Assembly: GCF_009914755.1 (NCBI RefSeq)
Contig: NC_060933.1
Source of the DNA: the human T2T-CHM13v2.0 reference genome, Homo sapiens
Length of the DNA stretch: 64,000 bases
Strand: one strand, 5' to 3'
Made by a program: the position numbers and the translations under genes. Each line of letters opens with the position of its first letter. Positions within the stretch are counted from its first letter, which is position 1. The notes beneath the pieces are model-generated. The model saw only the letters and a program-made list of their open reading frames with translations, was not told where the DNA came from and did not search any database. This document shows positions 45,877-63,588 of this stretch, piece by piece.

Positions 45877-46616
45877 AGTAATAATATTATAGGTCTCTTC
45901 CACCTCTTGCATGAATCGTCCATCACTGAATATCACATATTCCACATGAGATACTAACAAAAAACCTATTTATCAATTTTAAATGAAAAAAATTACAATT
46001 CATTTCATGTCAACCCCAAAAAACTAACCAAGTTCCTAAAGTGTAACTAAAACACAGTAAAGCACCTATACAAAAGTAACAAACTCCAATGTTAGGATAT
46101 AAAATGCTGAAAACATCACTTCCTGAGCAAAAACCATTCCTAAGGTTAACAGTGGCTACAAGTAGTAACATGCTACATATCCTCTTTGTTGATATTTGGT
46201 GCACCTTTCAAATTGTTGACATGTGATTCTGACAGTCTACCAATTATATCTGGAATTTAACACAGACTTCTCACACATTATTTTGTTTAAAATGCAGTAT
46301 TTGGCTGTATTTCTGGGACATAAATGTAAATATGTATTTTATAATGATCTGCCAAAACACACTGAATTGAGAGATAATGAATTCTAGGACATTTGGGTGT
46401 TAAATACCAAGAGGCTTTCTACTAGGAAAAACACGAACTGTGAAGTCATTTGGTGGACTCTGCTTACATATTACATTTGTTCAAATGGTTGAATGGCAGC
46501 TTTAGTATATAAAATTAGTCAAGTTAACTATACCCTTTAAACATCAAAATTCTCAGTCAAAATGGGAAAATAATAATGTTCTCCTCAAGGGAGTTTTTGT
46601 AAAAATTAAATGAGAT

Positions 46617-46921
<305 letters not shown>

Positions 46922-47121
46922 TTAAATGAGATAATGCACATCAAGTAGTTAGTAGAGTGCCCTAGCATATAGCATATGCTCAATAATGGTTCCCATAATT
47001 ATTTGTATTATCTGTCTAGCAATTGCAGCTTAGAAGATTTATGCATGCATTATCCTGCTTCTTAAGACAAAACAACTTTATGCAGGAGAGGGACAGGACA
47101 TGGATTATTATCTCCACTTCA

Positions 47122-47285
<164 letters not shown>

Positions 47286-47374
47286 GAATAAAATAAAGGT
47301 TAAAGTGAACTGCCTAAAGTTACATGATTACCTAAAAATACCCACCATGATTGGATATAAACCACCATATAAAC

Positions 47375-47592
47375 CAGGCGTGGGTAAACTTTTTCCAAAA
47401 AGGCCAAATAGTAAATATTTTATGTTTGCAGCCCATACAGTCTCTATCACAACTAGTCAATGCTGCCACTATAGCACAAAAGCAGCCATAGACAATACAT
47501 AAATAAATGCATGGAACTATGTTCCAATAAAACTTTACAAAAACAGGCAGTGGGGTGGATTAGGTTCATAGGCCATACTCTGCAGACCCCTG
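47375..47592. mobile_element. MER58A (hAT-Charlie)
   Basis: cagg..gggtaaacttttt..ggccaaatagtaaatatttt..gcagccatagacaatac..gacccctg. Confidence 0.8.
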
Positions 47593-48277
47593 CCCTAGGC
47601 CTTTAGATTACTAGTCTAGTGTACTTTTCCATTACTTTATGGTTACCACCTATTTTCAGGATAGGGTTTCAGCATTAAACTTGGTAGCATTAACTGTCAG
47701 AGAAAAGATAAATCAGGAATAATTTGCAGTAGAATTATGAATACAGTAAGATAGTACATAAATATCAGTATTACTGTTTTTTCCTCTTTTACAGCTTCTA
47801 TTATAAAACTCTCTCTTAATCCTTCCTTTATTTCTTTCTCTTCTAATAAAGCACTGGGCCTAGAAGTAAACACTTTTCTATTTCTCCACAAATATGTTTG
47901 CAGAATATTATTCCAAAGAAAGTAGTGGACACTCCATGAGACACCAGAATGAACAAACTTAACAATGGCTTATCTTTTAAAACGGTAAGCAATGTGAAAC
48001 TTCTGAATCTAACTTGTATGAGCATGTTTTAGGGGGAGTGGAGGGAACAGCGTTAAGCTACCACTCTATTCTCAATCTCAAAGAATAGAGTGATTATCAG
48101 TTTTCTCATTATAGAATCTACATGCTACGGTATGCTATGGTAGTGAAGACACTGGACTTGGAATTGAAGACCTAATTTGGAATTCTTTCTCTGGCACTTA
48201 CTATCTTTGTGACCTAGTAACCTATATATAAGGAGTTGCTGTGAAAATTAAGACAAATAACTATTTTAAAATATTAA

Positions 48278-48651
<374 letters not shown>

Positions 48652-49724
48652 TAATAAACTACAATATGATACAATATTCCATAACAGTATAATATCATTT
48701 ATAAAGCATTTAAAATATTTAGTGCTAAAGTATAAAGCACTTCTTTGTCAAGGAGCTAAAAGTTCTTAAAACATGTTCTCTCATTTCAGTCCATAATATT
48801 CCTTTGAAATTAAAACAAACCAGAATTTATTGAGTGACATGTGCTAGGCATTTTATATATATCAACTCATTTAATCTTCACAACAACCTTGAGAAGAAAC
48901 AAGCTCAGTGAAAGGAAATTACTTGCCCAAGGAACACAGCTCCTAAGTGGCAGCAGATCTTGGGTTATACCCAGGTTACACTGAGTATAACCTGTCATTA
49001 TTTTTTTCATTATTTAATACTGTCTCTTCAGTTTTTTGACTTGGGGTCCACAAAAAGCCAAGTGCCTCACATAAGGTCAAAGAATAATTACTTTCAGTGC
49101 AGTACAAGGCAAATGCTTAGATAACAGTACATTATTCCACTAGATTAAATTACCTCCAAATAACATAATAGTTTAAAGATAATTCCTGCTTAATCTACTT
49201 TTGGTCTCAAAAATGTACTGGTAAATAGAGTAAAACCAGTCTACTTACCACTAGTTAAATAAATTAGGGTACCCCCAGGTTAAGCTTTAGATGTCCAAAG
49301 AAACAAATGTAGAATTTTGATTAGAGAGAAAAATAAACCAAACAACAAATTTCCTCAAACTCCAATGGTATATTAATAAACATAAGAACATTTCTAAACC
49401 TCCTAGCAGGTTTCATGCCTGAAAGCCCTTCCAGAAAGCAGATTTATTCTTCAATAATTTTTTCCCATGAAATTTACAGAAATTATCCCAGAGAAAAATT
49501 GGCGACTCTAGTGCTTTTGAAGAACTAAATCAGTAAATTAGATGTTTTTAAATCCTGACATTAAATATAACATATAAAGTAAGAGAATAAAAGTATATAA
49601 AATATTTTGTAAATCTATGACCCTCATCCTCCTTTGTTTAAACCAGTATGGTCCTTGAGAGTAGCAGCCTTTTTTTTCCCCTTGCTAAAATAAAATAAAC
49701 TTCAGTTCCACCCTCTGTTGCTTA

Positions 49725-49967
<243 letters not shown>

Positions 49968-50126
49968 TTAATGCCCTCTTAATAAAATGAACTCTATTTT
50001 ATTTTTCTTAATAAATTTTCATGACAACTTTGTAAGGATAGATAAAATTAACTCTAGTTCAAATTTACTTTCTATCCCGTTTAGTTTACTTAAATCAGGA
50101 AACATATAGAGTACATAAATTATGTA

Positions 50127-50138
50127 GTGTGTGTGTGA

Positions 50139-50170
<32 letters not shown>
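50127..50170 (+). repeat. Interrupted (GT)n microsatellite ~200 bp upstream of the exon 2 acceptor
   Basis: Directly visible. Confidence 0.95.
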
Positions 50171-50172
<2 letters not shown>

Positions 50173-50594
50173 TATTAGTTTTTCTGAATTAGAAGCCACC
50201 AAAGGCAGGCTTATCTACATGGCACTAAGGGCACATGTTGGAAATGACAACATGTTAAATAATAAATAATCCCACTGTATAGCAGCAAAAGCCTAAGGCT
50301 CAGATGATTAACTTTGGCAACCGATTCAAGGTCATACTAGATTGTGCCATAGCTAGAATCATAAGCTAATGTGTTCTGCCCAGGAAGAAATTAATGAAGA
50401 ATAGAAACTTTAAAGTAAGGAAATGATGAACAATAAAACCAGAGGAGAAAGTTTACAGGTTCATCCTGATCTGTGAGTTGAATGTCTTTCCCAAATTAAA
50501 ATATTTGGAAAATAAACATTTCTTTTAAGTATATTTCAAACAGTTCTTTGTTGTTTGTTTGTTGGTTTCACTTTTTTCACTTTTCGAAAGAAAT

Positions 50595-50945
50595 ACTTTA
50601 ATTTTTAATTTTTGTGAGTACATAGGTGTATAAGGTGTATATATTTATGGGGTACCTGAGGTATTCTGACATAGGCATGCAATGTGTAATAATCATATCA
50701 GGATAAACGGTGTGTCCATCACCTTAAGCATTTATCCTTTGTGTTACAAACAATCCAATTATACTCCTTTAGTTATTTTAACATGTACAATTAAATTACT
50801 GTCCATAAATTACTAAATTATTGACCACAGTCTATCTGCTGTGCTATCAAATACTAGGTCTTATTCATTCTTTCTATTTTTTTTTGTACCCATTAACCAT
50901 CCCCACTTCCTCCCCACCACACCCCTGTCCACTATTCTTCGCAGT
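50595..50945 (-). mobile_element. L1MA 3'-end fragment
   Basis: ttttgtgagtacataggtgtata..atttatggggtac. Confidence 0.75.
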
Positions 50946-51584
50946 CAGACAGTTCTTTGGATAAAAATATTGAGAAGCCCTTAGTTTTAGCCTTCTAATG
51001 CAAAGACTCATTTAAAGGTCAGTTAGGATTCATTTTTTGCTACTGCCTCTATTCATTTTATCAAAAGGAAAGTGTTTTCAACATAGTTTGACACAGCAGT
51101 AACAGAGGACTTTGTATTAACATATGTATCCTAGGAATAGGTCCCATTCCAAAATAGCTATGATCCTACCCTTAAAGGGTCCTGAGAAATCTATGGTACA
51201 AATTACAGTTCTAAATAGGTAAGGCACTATATAAAATGGCACTGTACCAACACAGTTTAGCTTGGAAAAAATAATCTTTGATACTATTTTTGATGACTTC
51301 AAAAAGCTACTAGACAACTACAAATCCAGACTCTTAAAAAGAGAGTTGTAAAGGGGTTTGCTTCTCCATTCTAGAAAAGGAAATTAAGCTTCAAAATTCT
51401 TTATGTAATCACAAGCAGCTTATTTATCCACACAAGTCAAAACAAAAGATTCCTCAAAGAAATTCCCACTTGGCCAACTCTATACCTCCCACACTTCTGC
51501 AGTTCCTAACCTTTGGTGTCACTTTATTTCCCTGCTCTTCACAGCTCTTCTAGTTTGTAAAGATAACAAATAACAAATAAATAG

Positions 51585-51900
51585 ACCAGGCAGTGGCTCA
51601 TGCCTGTAATCCTAGCACTTTAGGAGGCCAAGGTGGGCAGATCACTTGAGCTCAGGAGTTTGAGACCAGCCTGGGCAACATAGTGAAACCACGTCTCTAC
51701 CAAAAAAAATACAAAAATTAGGCGGGCATCCTGGCATGGGCCTGTAGTCCTCGCTACTCGGGAGGCTGAGGTGGGAGGATCGCTTGAGCCTGGGAGGCTG
51801 AGGTTACAGTGAGCCAAGATCTTGCCACTGCACCCCCACCTGGGTGACAGAGTGAGACCTGTCTCATAAAAAATAATTAACGTAAAATAAATAAATAAAT
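51585..51900 (+). mobile_element. AluJ
   Basis: Alu consensus, J-type. Confidence 0.88.
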
Positions 51901-54900
51901 ATTGGCAGCTTATTTGTTTATTTTATGTCTATTTCAAACTTGGGTGGTTCACAAAACCCAAAGGAAAATTCACATTTCTTCAGCCTCAAGCTTAGGAAAG
52001 GAACCAGCTTCCCATTACAATCAAGATTCTTATTTTCACTAGGCTACATAAACATGACATTTCTTTGACAGAGTTACATGTTTTCACATGATAGCTACTT
52101 TCTGCGTATGTGTGTTGTGGTTTTTGTAAATAACAAAGCCACGTTCAGTGGTCTGTAAACCTGCCAATGACAACTTCATAACAAGACCTTCACTCCACCA
52201 GAAATGACCAGAACACTTAACATTTTTCTTCTGAAATCGGGCAGAAATTCAAATTACATCCAACTTCTCCTGCTGGACCTATTTTATCACCAGTTAACTA
52301 ATCAAAGTATGTTGGTGTCAGTAGAACTAGCTCAAGAAAAAATGAAAATACTAAAAAAAATTTTCTACAATAAAAACTATGAATTTTATTTCATTATTTC
52401 CTTACTAATGTATTTCCATCTGAAAACTGAGTCAATGTTCCCAATGAGTAAGATTAGCAGTATCTTCAAAAGAATCCAATTGAATTTAAGAACTCAGATA
52501 TAAACACTTAATATTTTTTCCAGTGAAGTTCTAATGGATAAACTTTCAATACTAACCAAGTTCACTGGTTATTTATTATTTCTATAGTCAGTCTAATATC
52601 TTCATTATTCCCTGAACATACTCTGGTTAGTCCTGTCTCTGAACCTTTGCTTATTCTGTACATCTTGGAATGCTCTTTTTCACATATTCAAACCTATTCT
52701 CTATTTTAAGAATCAGCTGAAACTCACTTCTCCATAAACTCTAACTGTACTGCCCCTATTATGAATCCATAACAATATCTACTACCTAAACCTCTCAAAT
52801 GACAATAATTTGAAGAGACAGTAAAGCAAAGAGTTATGAAGTTATGAGCACAGATTGTAGACGTAGACGGCTAAGATTAAATCCGGCTCTCTCACTAACT
52901 TTATAACCTTAGGCAAGTTAATTAAGCTCTGCGTGCCTTTATTTTTTCTCCTGTAAACAGGGCATAATAATAGTAGCTATACCACTCAGTCCCAATACTT
53001 AAGCTGGAAGTGCTTTGGAGTATTGCAATAATTAATACAACAGCTGGAAAAAAGTAGAAAGTGGTATCAGATAAAATAATAAATGCAATTCAGATGTTAG
53101 ATTCACAGGCTATAGCTTCGTTATATCCTGCGGATAAGATCTAAAAGCCTGAAAATGGGTTTAGTACTATAGCAGCTTTGAATAACGTCTGGGAAACAGA
53201 ATTAGTGGGCTGTTACGCAGAAATCCATGTTGTGGTTCATCTAGGTAGAGAATAAGACGATATTCTACTTATACCAGGCTCCACTCATTAACAATATGTG
53301 TGCCTTAAAATACATTGGTAAAAACAGAAGGATTTAGGATGTGGCTTCAGAGAAGATGAAAAATGAGCATTTATTAATTATATATCCTTGGTACTAATCA
53401 GTTTATCTGTAGCAGGGTGAATGGCAAATGTTTCAGCAAGAGAGACCACCCCAGGGATAAGAAGGGGGCTGACACATCAAGACAGAAAGGCACTATCATG
53501 TTAATACTTCTGCCCCAAAAAACCAAAGGAAAGGAAGAGAATACAAAGTAAACCAAGTGCCAGGGAGCATGGGCATCTTTTCTGTGTGTAACTCAGAACT
53601 TAAGGCCCGTCCCAGTGACTGACCTTAAATGAAATGATGCAAGTTAAATGAATAGTATAAGCAACAGTAATAAATGTAAAACACTCTGGGTATTCACTAA
53701 ATTGTGCCAGGATAATTTGTTAGCTTGTAAGTAAAGTAAAATCTCAGACCCTTCACAGGTCTAGACATTTGTGCGGAACCAGATAGGAGTTAATGCAGAA
53801 ATAATGCAATCCCCTTAGTAAAAAGGTGGCAATATGAAAAAGAAGGAAGGAAGTTTCAATTGATAGAAGCAATGAGAAGGACCAAAGACAAGAGGAAGTG
53901 CTGACTTTTTAATGAGTTAGAATCTTAGACACCAGAGCAGCACAAAGGAGTCTGCAACATGATTAATGGCAAGTCACCAGTGTGGATGTTAATGGGAATG
54001 AAACAATATGAAGAGGACACCTAAAGCTAATTGCAGACAAGTATGAATAAGATGCCGAACAGCTCATTCAATTGCCTAAAAGTAAATATGGAATAAACTC
54101 TTTATCGTGTGAGTAGCAGGTTTCCTTTCAGCCCTTTAATTCTTTGGAAAACTCTATAGAGAAATAATTAGAGAAGGGTAATGTAAATGTTCTCACAGAG
54201 AGCAAAATCTTGGCAACATTATTTCCTTTTATCGCCTGGCTTCTGAAGAACAATAAAATATAGTGATTTTCACCCTGAAGAAGAATAAGAAACTAAAATC
54301 TTTGCCAAACTGCTTTAAGTATTTGAAAATAGTCACATAAAGTCCCAGAGAAAATCAAATCCTGCACTTTTTCAAACATTCCAAAAGCCAAGAGATGAAA
54401 ATTTTTTAGCCCTAAAAAAAAGATTTTGTTTACAAGTCCCATAAGTTCCCCTGCCACCTACCCCCACCTGCCCTCCCTTTGTGCACAAACATTTGCTCTG
54501 GTAAGAGATTATTTACTTGAACATACTGAAGACCTTTTCTAGGCCTTTAATATACCTGGTAGGCTCTCTCTTCATTCAATTTTTAACCATCTATCTCATA
54601 GAGAATATTTGGTATGTTCTGGTATTCAGCTTGTTTGCATTAATGATGGGAGTTTTTGGAAAATACTAATTGTGATTGTATGTCCTAATGAATGTGTCCT
54701 CTCTGTGTCTCTTTTTGAAGTCATTTCTGAGTGCTAAAATTATCTGTAATGCTCAAGCAGTTTGGAACAATTGTGTGTTAACCCTTTGCAGATAAAAAAC
54801 CATAAAAACAGTAAATGAAAAATTTGCGTAACAAAATAAAATAACTATGTCCTCAGTCATGATGGAAATCTCCTAGAACAAAGAAATGTTACCCTGACAA

Positions 54901-54926
54901 CAATACTGCTGGTAAACTAAAATGAT

Positions 54927-55147
54927 TACAAAATTATTGCATTTAAGCATAGATACTAGAAGACTACTTGTGGCTATAATTAATACAGAGCACTCACAGG
55001 AATCTGGTTCAGAAAGACTGCCTGAAATTCTATCTACAAAATTATCGCACTTAAGCATAGATTACTAGAAGACTACTGGTGGCTATAACTAATACAGAGC
55101 ACTCACCGGAATCTGATTCAGGAAGACAGCCTGAAATTCAATCTACA
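54927..55147. repeat. Two-copy tandem duplication, 108/109-bp units
   Basis: Units 54927-55034 and 55035-55143 differ by 9 substitutions and 1 indel. Confidence 0.92.
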
Positions 55148-55229
55148 GCCTTTTGCAAAACTGCATAAATACCTTTGCAAAACTCAATTTCTGAGTCCTT
55201 TTCATTCATTCAACAACAATTTCACTCTT

Positions 55230-56530
55230 ATTGTTAGTTGATGCACAATAATAATACCTATTTATGCAATGCGGAGTGATATTTCAATACATGCATACAA
55301 TGTGTAATGATCAGATTAAATAGCACATCCATTACCTCAAACATTGATCATTTCATTGTACTATGAACATTCAAAATTCTCTCTTCTAGCTTTTTGAAAA
55401 TATAGAGTAAATTACAGTTAACTATATTTACCCTATTGTGCTACAGAACATCAGTACTCATTTAGTACTATCCAGCTATAATTTTATATCCATTAACCAA
55501 TCTCCTCCCATCCTTCCTTCTCACCTACCCTTCATGGCTTCTAATACCTCCAATTCTACTCTTTTTTTTTTTGAGATGGAGTCTCACTCTGTAGCCTAGG
55601 CTGGAGTGTGGTGACACAATCTTGGCTCACTGCAACCTCTGCCTCCCAGGTTCAAGCGATTCTCCTGCCTCAGCCTCCTAAGTAGCTGGGATTACAGGGG
55701 CACACCACCACACCTGGCTAATTTTGTATTTTTAGTAGAGATGGTGTTTCACCATGTTGTTAAGGCTAGTCTTGAACTCCTGACCTCGTAATCCGCCTGC
55801 CTCAGCCTCCCAAAGTGCTGGGATTACAGGGGTGAGCCACCACGCCCAGCTCCAATTCTACTCCTTACTTTCATGAGCTCGAATTTTTTTTATCTCCCAC
55901 ATATGAGTAAGAACATGCAGTATTTATCTTTCTGTGCCTTATTTTACTTAACATAACCTCCAGCTTCATCCATGTTTCCACAAATAGCAGGATTTCATTA
56001 TTTTTCATGGCTGTATAGTACCAATATTCTAAAGCAGTTCCCCTGTGTTTTCTTCTAGCAGTTTTATAGTTTCAGATCTCACTTTTAAGTCTTTAATCCA
56101 TTTTGAGTTAATTTTTTTAAAAGATGAAAGATAGGAAGTCTAGTTTTATTCTTCTGCATATAGATATCCATTTTTCCCAGCATCATTTATTGAAGAATAT
56201 ATCCTTTCCCCCAATGTGTGTTCTGGGCACCTTTATTGAAAATCAATTGGCTGTAAATACATGGATTTATTTCTGGATTCTCTGTTCTGTTCCACTGACT
56301 TATGTGTCTGTTTTTATACCTATGCCATGTTGTTTTGGTTACTATAGTTTTGTAGTATATTTTGAAGTCAGGTAGTGTGATGCCTCCAGCTTTGTTCTTT
56401 TTGTTCAGGATTGCTTTGTCTGCTGTGATTCCATATGAATTTTAGGGTTTTTTTTAAAATTTCTGTGAAGAATATCATTGATATTTTGATAGGGATTGCA
56501 TTAAATCTATAAATTGCTTTAGGTAGTACA
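55230..56530 (-). mobile_element. L1MA 3' portion with internal deletion, interrupted by AluS (55562-55850)
   Basis: L1MA 3'UTR joined to upstream ORF2 near 56020; Alu TSD TCCAATTCTACTC. Confidence 0.78.
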
Positions 56531-56794
56531 CTTGCTTTTTAATATCTTCAAATACTGTTATCTATTAAGAATACAAAAAACCTGTATTAAGTTATTCCTA
56601 AATTTATAATATTTATCAGAGCACTGGCCATTCAAGTTCTAAGTCCAAAAGATATATCATAGTTTTAGACAGTTGGAACTACAGTCTGACTTGCAAAAGT
56701 AGATGGAAATAGTTCTATTCTCAGCACACACAATGCAAATATTATAGGAACATCCACTCAGTGGAAGTCAAAAGCAAAACTGTACTTTGAAAGG

Positions 56795-57435
56795 CAATGA
56801 GTATCCCTCTATTTGAATGGCTAAAATACACAAACAAAAAAACTGACAATACTAATTGCTGGCAAGCATGCAGGACTTTCAAAAATTACTGGTGTTAAGT
56901 ACAAAATAGTAGAGACACTTTGGAAAACAGTTTGACAGTTTCTTATAAAGTTAATTATACCTTTACTATATGACCCAGCAATTCCACTCCTAGGTATTTA
57001 TCTGAGGGAAATGAAAAGTTATAGTCACACAAAAACTTGTACAGAAATATTTATGATAAGTGATATTAATAATCACCAAAACCTGGAAATCACCCAAATG
57101 TCCTTCAACTAGTGAATGGATACACTATGGTACATTCTCATAATGGAATACCATTCATCAATAAAAAGGAATAAACCACTGACATCCAAGAACATGGATG
57201 AATCTTAAATGCATTATGCTAAATGAAAGGAGCCAGGGGAAGAGAACAGATCAGGGGTTTGCCAGGAGCTGGGGGCAGGAGGGAAGGGCTGACTACAAAG
57301 GAGCAATACAGGGGAATTTTGAGGGGGTAATAAAACCATTTTACATCTTGATTATACATGTATCAACACTGACAGAACTATTGCACATCAAATGAGTAAA
57401 TTTCATTGGATATAAATTTTAAAATATGCAAAAAA
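56795..57435 (+). mobile_element. Old L1MC/ME ORF2 end and 3' UTR
   Basis: tgacccagcaattccactcctaggtattta; atggatgaatcttaaatgcattatgctaaatgaaag. Confidence 0.72.
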
Positions 57436-57722
57436 ATTTTTTTAAGCAATGAGGTCTTACTAGATTCAATTTTTAAAATTTTGCTGGAAGGATGCCTTGG
57501 TGTCCCACAAGCAACTATTTCAACTGAACTTGGCACTAACGTCCACAGGGGACCCAACTAATGATTGAGGCTTTTTCAAAGTGACTGTTACATTTAAGAT
57601 AGCAGGAAGTTATTAATGCTTCAGCTGATTATTGCATAAGGAGTTGTGGAACATTTTAGTATTTAAAATGCTATTTCACTAAAAGGAGTACAATCTTTTC
57701 TTTTCCCTTTGGCTCCAACTTA

Positions 57723-59659
<1,937 letters not shown>

Positions 59660-59879
59660 CTACTCTGTTTAAACAAAGACCAGGAAAATGCATGTAAATA
59701 TAACTTTCAATCTATCTAATCTATCCAACAAAGAACTTCACCCATTTTCACAAGCCTAGGATTGGATCCACAAAAATTACATCATTCCTGATTTCTGAAT
59801 TGAAAAGGAAAAATATCGTCAAAATCAAGAGTAGGAATACACAATTCAAACCTCTTCATGTACATCGAATGAGTCTTTA

Positions 59880-60214
<335 letters not shown>

Positions 60215-61499
60215 TTATCTTGACTACAGGCCTGATTTCCTAAGTATATGGTGTATTTCAAAATGTACTTTTTATTGGACCATATTTTATGTTTTAGGTC
60301 TGAAGAAAAGGAATCTCAGAAAAGCCTCATTGTAGGGAAAAGGAATTATCAACACAAGAGTTTTTGTTTTGAGAGTCTTACTCTAGAGTAACATTAATAC
60401 TCAATTTACATTTCACATTTATGTTATGCCAAGGTATTGCCACAAATCTTTGAAAACTTGGGAAACTTAATATTAAAGCTGATGAATTTCTTTAAACTAG
60501 ACTTTGTAGAGATGTGTAGTATTAAAGCCACTACTTTTAAAGAAAAGCTTTAAGTTTTGTTTGAAAATAAAAATGTATCAATTAAAATTCCCAGTCACAA
60601 TTTACTAGAGCAAAACATTTCTTCAACTTTAGGGTAGCCATATGAAATAAATGGGGCAACATAACCCAGGTTTTGTAGAAAATTTTCTGTCTCACATTTA
60701 AAAATCATGTTGTTAGTGCTTGTCCCTGGCTCACTGCCAGTTTTCCACAATTCAGAGATAATTCATCTAATTAATGAGACAAGATGACAAGTTCTGGAAA
60801 AGGTTGTAAAGGCTAGTTTTTACTACTAATAACAATGATGATATTACCAGCTATTAAGCATATACTATACATATATCAGACATCACACAAGAAACTGGAC
60901 ACAAATGGCCTCCTTTAGTGTTCACCATAATCCTGTGATGCAGGTACCTTAAGCAAGGAATCTGAGTATCAGATAGATGAAACAAATCATACAACTAATC
61001 AGTACCAAAGAAGAGACTGAAGCCCAAAATGAGTAACTCCAAAGTCCATGTCTTTTCACTTTAAGAAGCCAACAATCAGACAGACCCAGAACACTTTAAA
61101 ATCAAACTTTGCTGCTAATTAACCAGCTCTAGGACTGTTAGTGAGTCTAACTGCTCTGAGTTTCAGTGTCTCCATGTACAAAATGTGGCTAATTCTTTTC
61201 ATCTATCATGAAAAATAATTAAAGGTCAAATTATATATGGCCATGTATATTGTTTTTGGTTTACAAAAACTTTTTTTTAATTGACCCACTGGTATATCTA
61301 ATAATCTGAATAAGTAAATCAGAAGGCAATTTCCTTTGAAAATTTAGAATGTATATACTATGTTTTAAGGGAAAATCACAGGTTTTAAATTGCTCAATGA
61401 TGGCAAATTTTCTCATATTTCTCCACATTTCTCATAGTGGCTTAGCACAGTACTGATCAGTAAATAGCTATAAATGTCTGTTCAAATCAGATTCCATTT

Positions 61500-61865
61500 T
61501 ATAAAATAAAATTAGAGCTGGTCAATTTAAAAGACAAAGATCTTCAAGATTCAATGAAAACCCACAAAATCCAGCTACAAACAGTTTACAAAAGACATAA
61601 AACAGAATTATACCTAAAGGTTAAAAGTAACTGAATGGAAAAAAGATGAAGCACGTAAATACTAGCCAAAAGAAAACTAGTACAGCTAGCTACATTAATT
61701 AATATGAGACAAAATAGATGTTTAGGCAAAAAAAAAAAGCAATATAAGCAGATAAGAGGTCTGGTCACTACATAAAAAAATGTACAATTCATTAAAAATA
61801 TGTAGTTCTAAATTAGATATATATCTAATACCATAGTCTCAAAATACATAAGGCAAAATGACAGC
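61500..61865 (+). mobile_element. Very old L1 ORF2 endonuclease-region fragment
   Basis: A-rich degenerate match (caatttaaaagacaaagatc; ggttaaaagtaactgaatggaaaaaagat). Confidence 0.55.
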
Positions 61866-62249
61866 AAATATATTTAATATGGTTATTTCTGAGGATGAAA
61901 TGAGATAAAAATGTGACAGTATCAGAATAGGATATTTACTGTTTTATCTCCCCAGATGTCCTACTTTTCTTAAAATGTAGAAAATGCTCTCAGAAATTGA
62001 TATCAGAAACGAGATATGACAATAAATGCTCTAAAATAAGGGATTGGGGAAGATTAGGAATTAGAGTTGGTTAAACTACAGCTTTTTACAATTTTCTGGC
62101 AGAAGGGACCTTCTTTTAATCCAGAATTGGAATAATTCAACAAGTTTCCTGAAGTCATAAAACAGGTAGAAGAAAGAGAGAAGTCTAGTCTAGATTATAG
62201 AAAAATATTTACTATACAGGATCATGTACTCAAATACTTTACTCATTAG

Positions 62250-62548
<299 letters not shown>

Positions 62549-63419
62549 TCTAAAAGTTCTTTGTACCTTCCACTATGTATCCTCTACCGTGTTCCTAGAG
62601 CATTGTTAGAGAAAGTTACAATATAAAGACCTAGTGTGTTAAAGGTTTTACTTTCACTAAGTCCCTAGAACTGCTTCTAAATCCTTAGATTTATCTTACT
62701 GTTTCAATATCCATTGCCAGCATTGGCTATTCCAAGCTTCTCTTTAAGTCTTCCATCCCACTGTACAACCAGCAAATGGTTGCAACTTCATGGAAACTGA
62801 GACCTTCTTTTTCTCTCTTCCTGCTTTTTCCCATCAATTTAACCTTCCCTCCAGTTTCAGGCTAGCCAGCTCCTTCCAAGACCAAACAATCCCTCCAACT
62901 GCGCTCTTTATCGCATCCTCTCCCAGAGCTCTTTCCAGGACTCTACTCTGCCCACTCCCATTGTCCCCCTACTTGAGCCTTTTCAAGCTTTCACTCTTTA
63001 CAGAATTTACCTTCAAATATGCATTGGGTCTCTCACAATTCTCTGTTTAGTCTCCTGTTCCATTTAACTAGCATTTATTTTCTAAATAAAATTTCTCAAA
63101 CAAAAATACAGACTGCCTCCTTTTCTTCACCACGTTTTCTTCTTAATGCTCTGCAATCTTTTCTAAACTCTACTAAAAATGCTCTCTCAAAAGTTACTAA
63201 CCCAAAACAAAACAATAGCCTTCTCAGGCCATATTCTGCTTAACTATTTTGCAGCATGTGACATACTGATACCCCTTCCTCTTTGAAACTCTTTCTTTGG
63301 TCTCCACGTCATTGGATAAATCCATGAGCATTTACTGAGGATTTTACTATGATCAAGTCCTCTCCTTATGCTTCCACTTCCACATGGCAGATCATTTTGG
63401 TTCCCAATGAATCCAGGGA

Positions 63420-63588
63420 GAGACAAGTCTCAGCTACTCCAGTCATCCCCATCAAGGCCCCAAACATATGGGTGAGGCCATTTTTAGATCCTCCAGCTGT
63501 AGCCAATCTACCAATACAGCCAGAGTAAGCCCAAGAGAGACCAGGAGAAGAACCATCAGAATGAGAAATAAATCATTGTTATTGTTTT
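63420..63588 (+). mobile_element. MLT1-type LTR fragment
   Basis: ccccaaacatatgggtgaggccatt..atgagaaataaatcattgttattgtttt. Confidence 0.55.
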
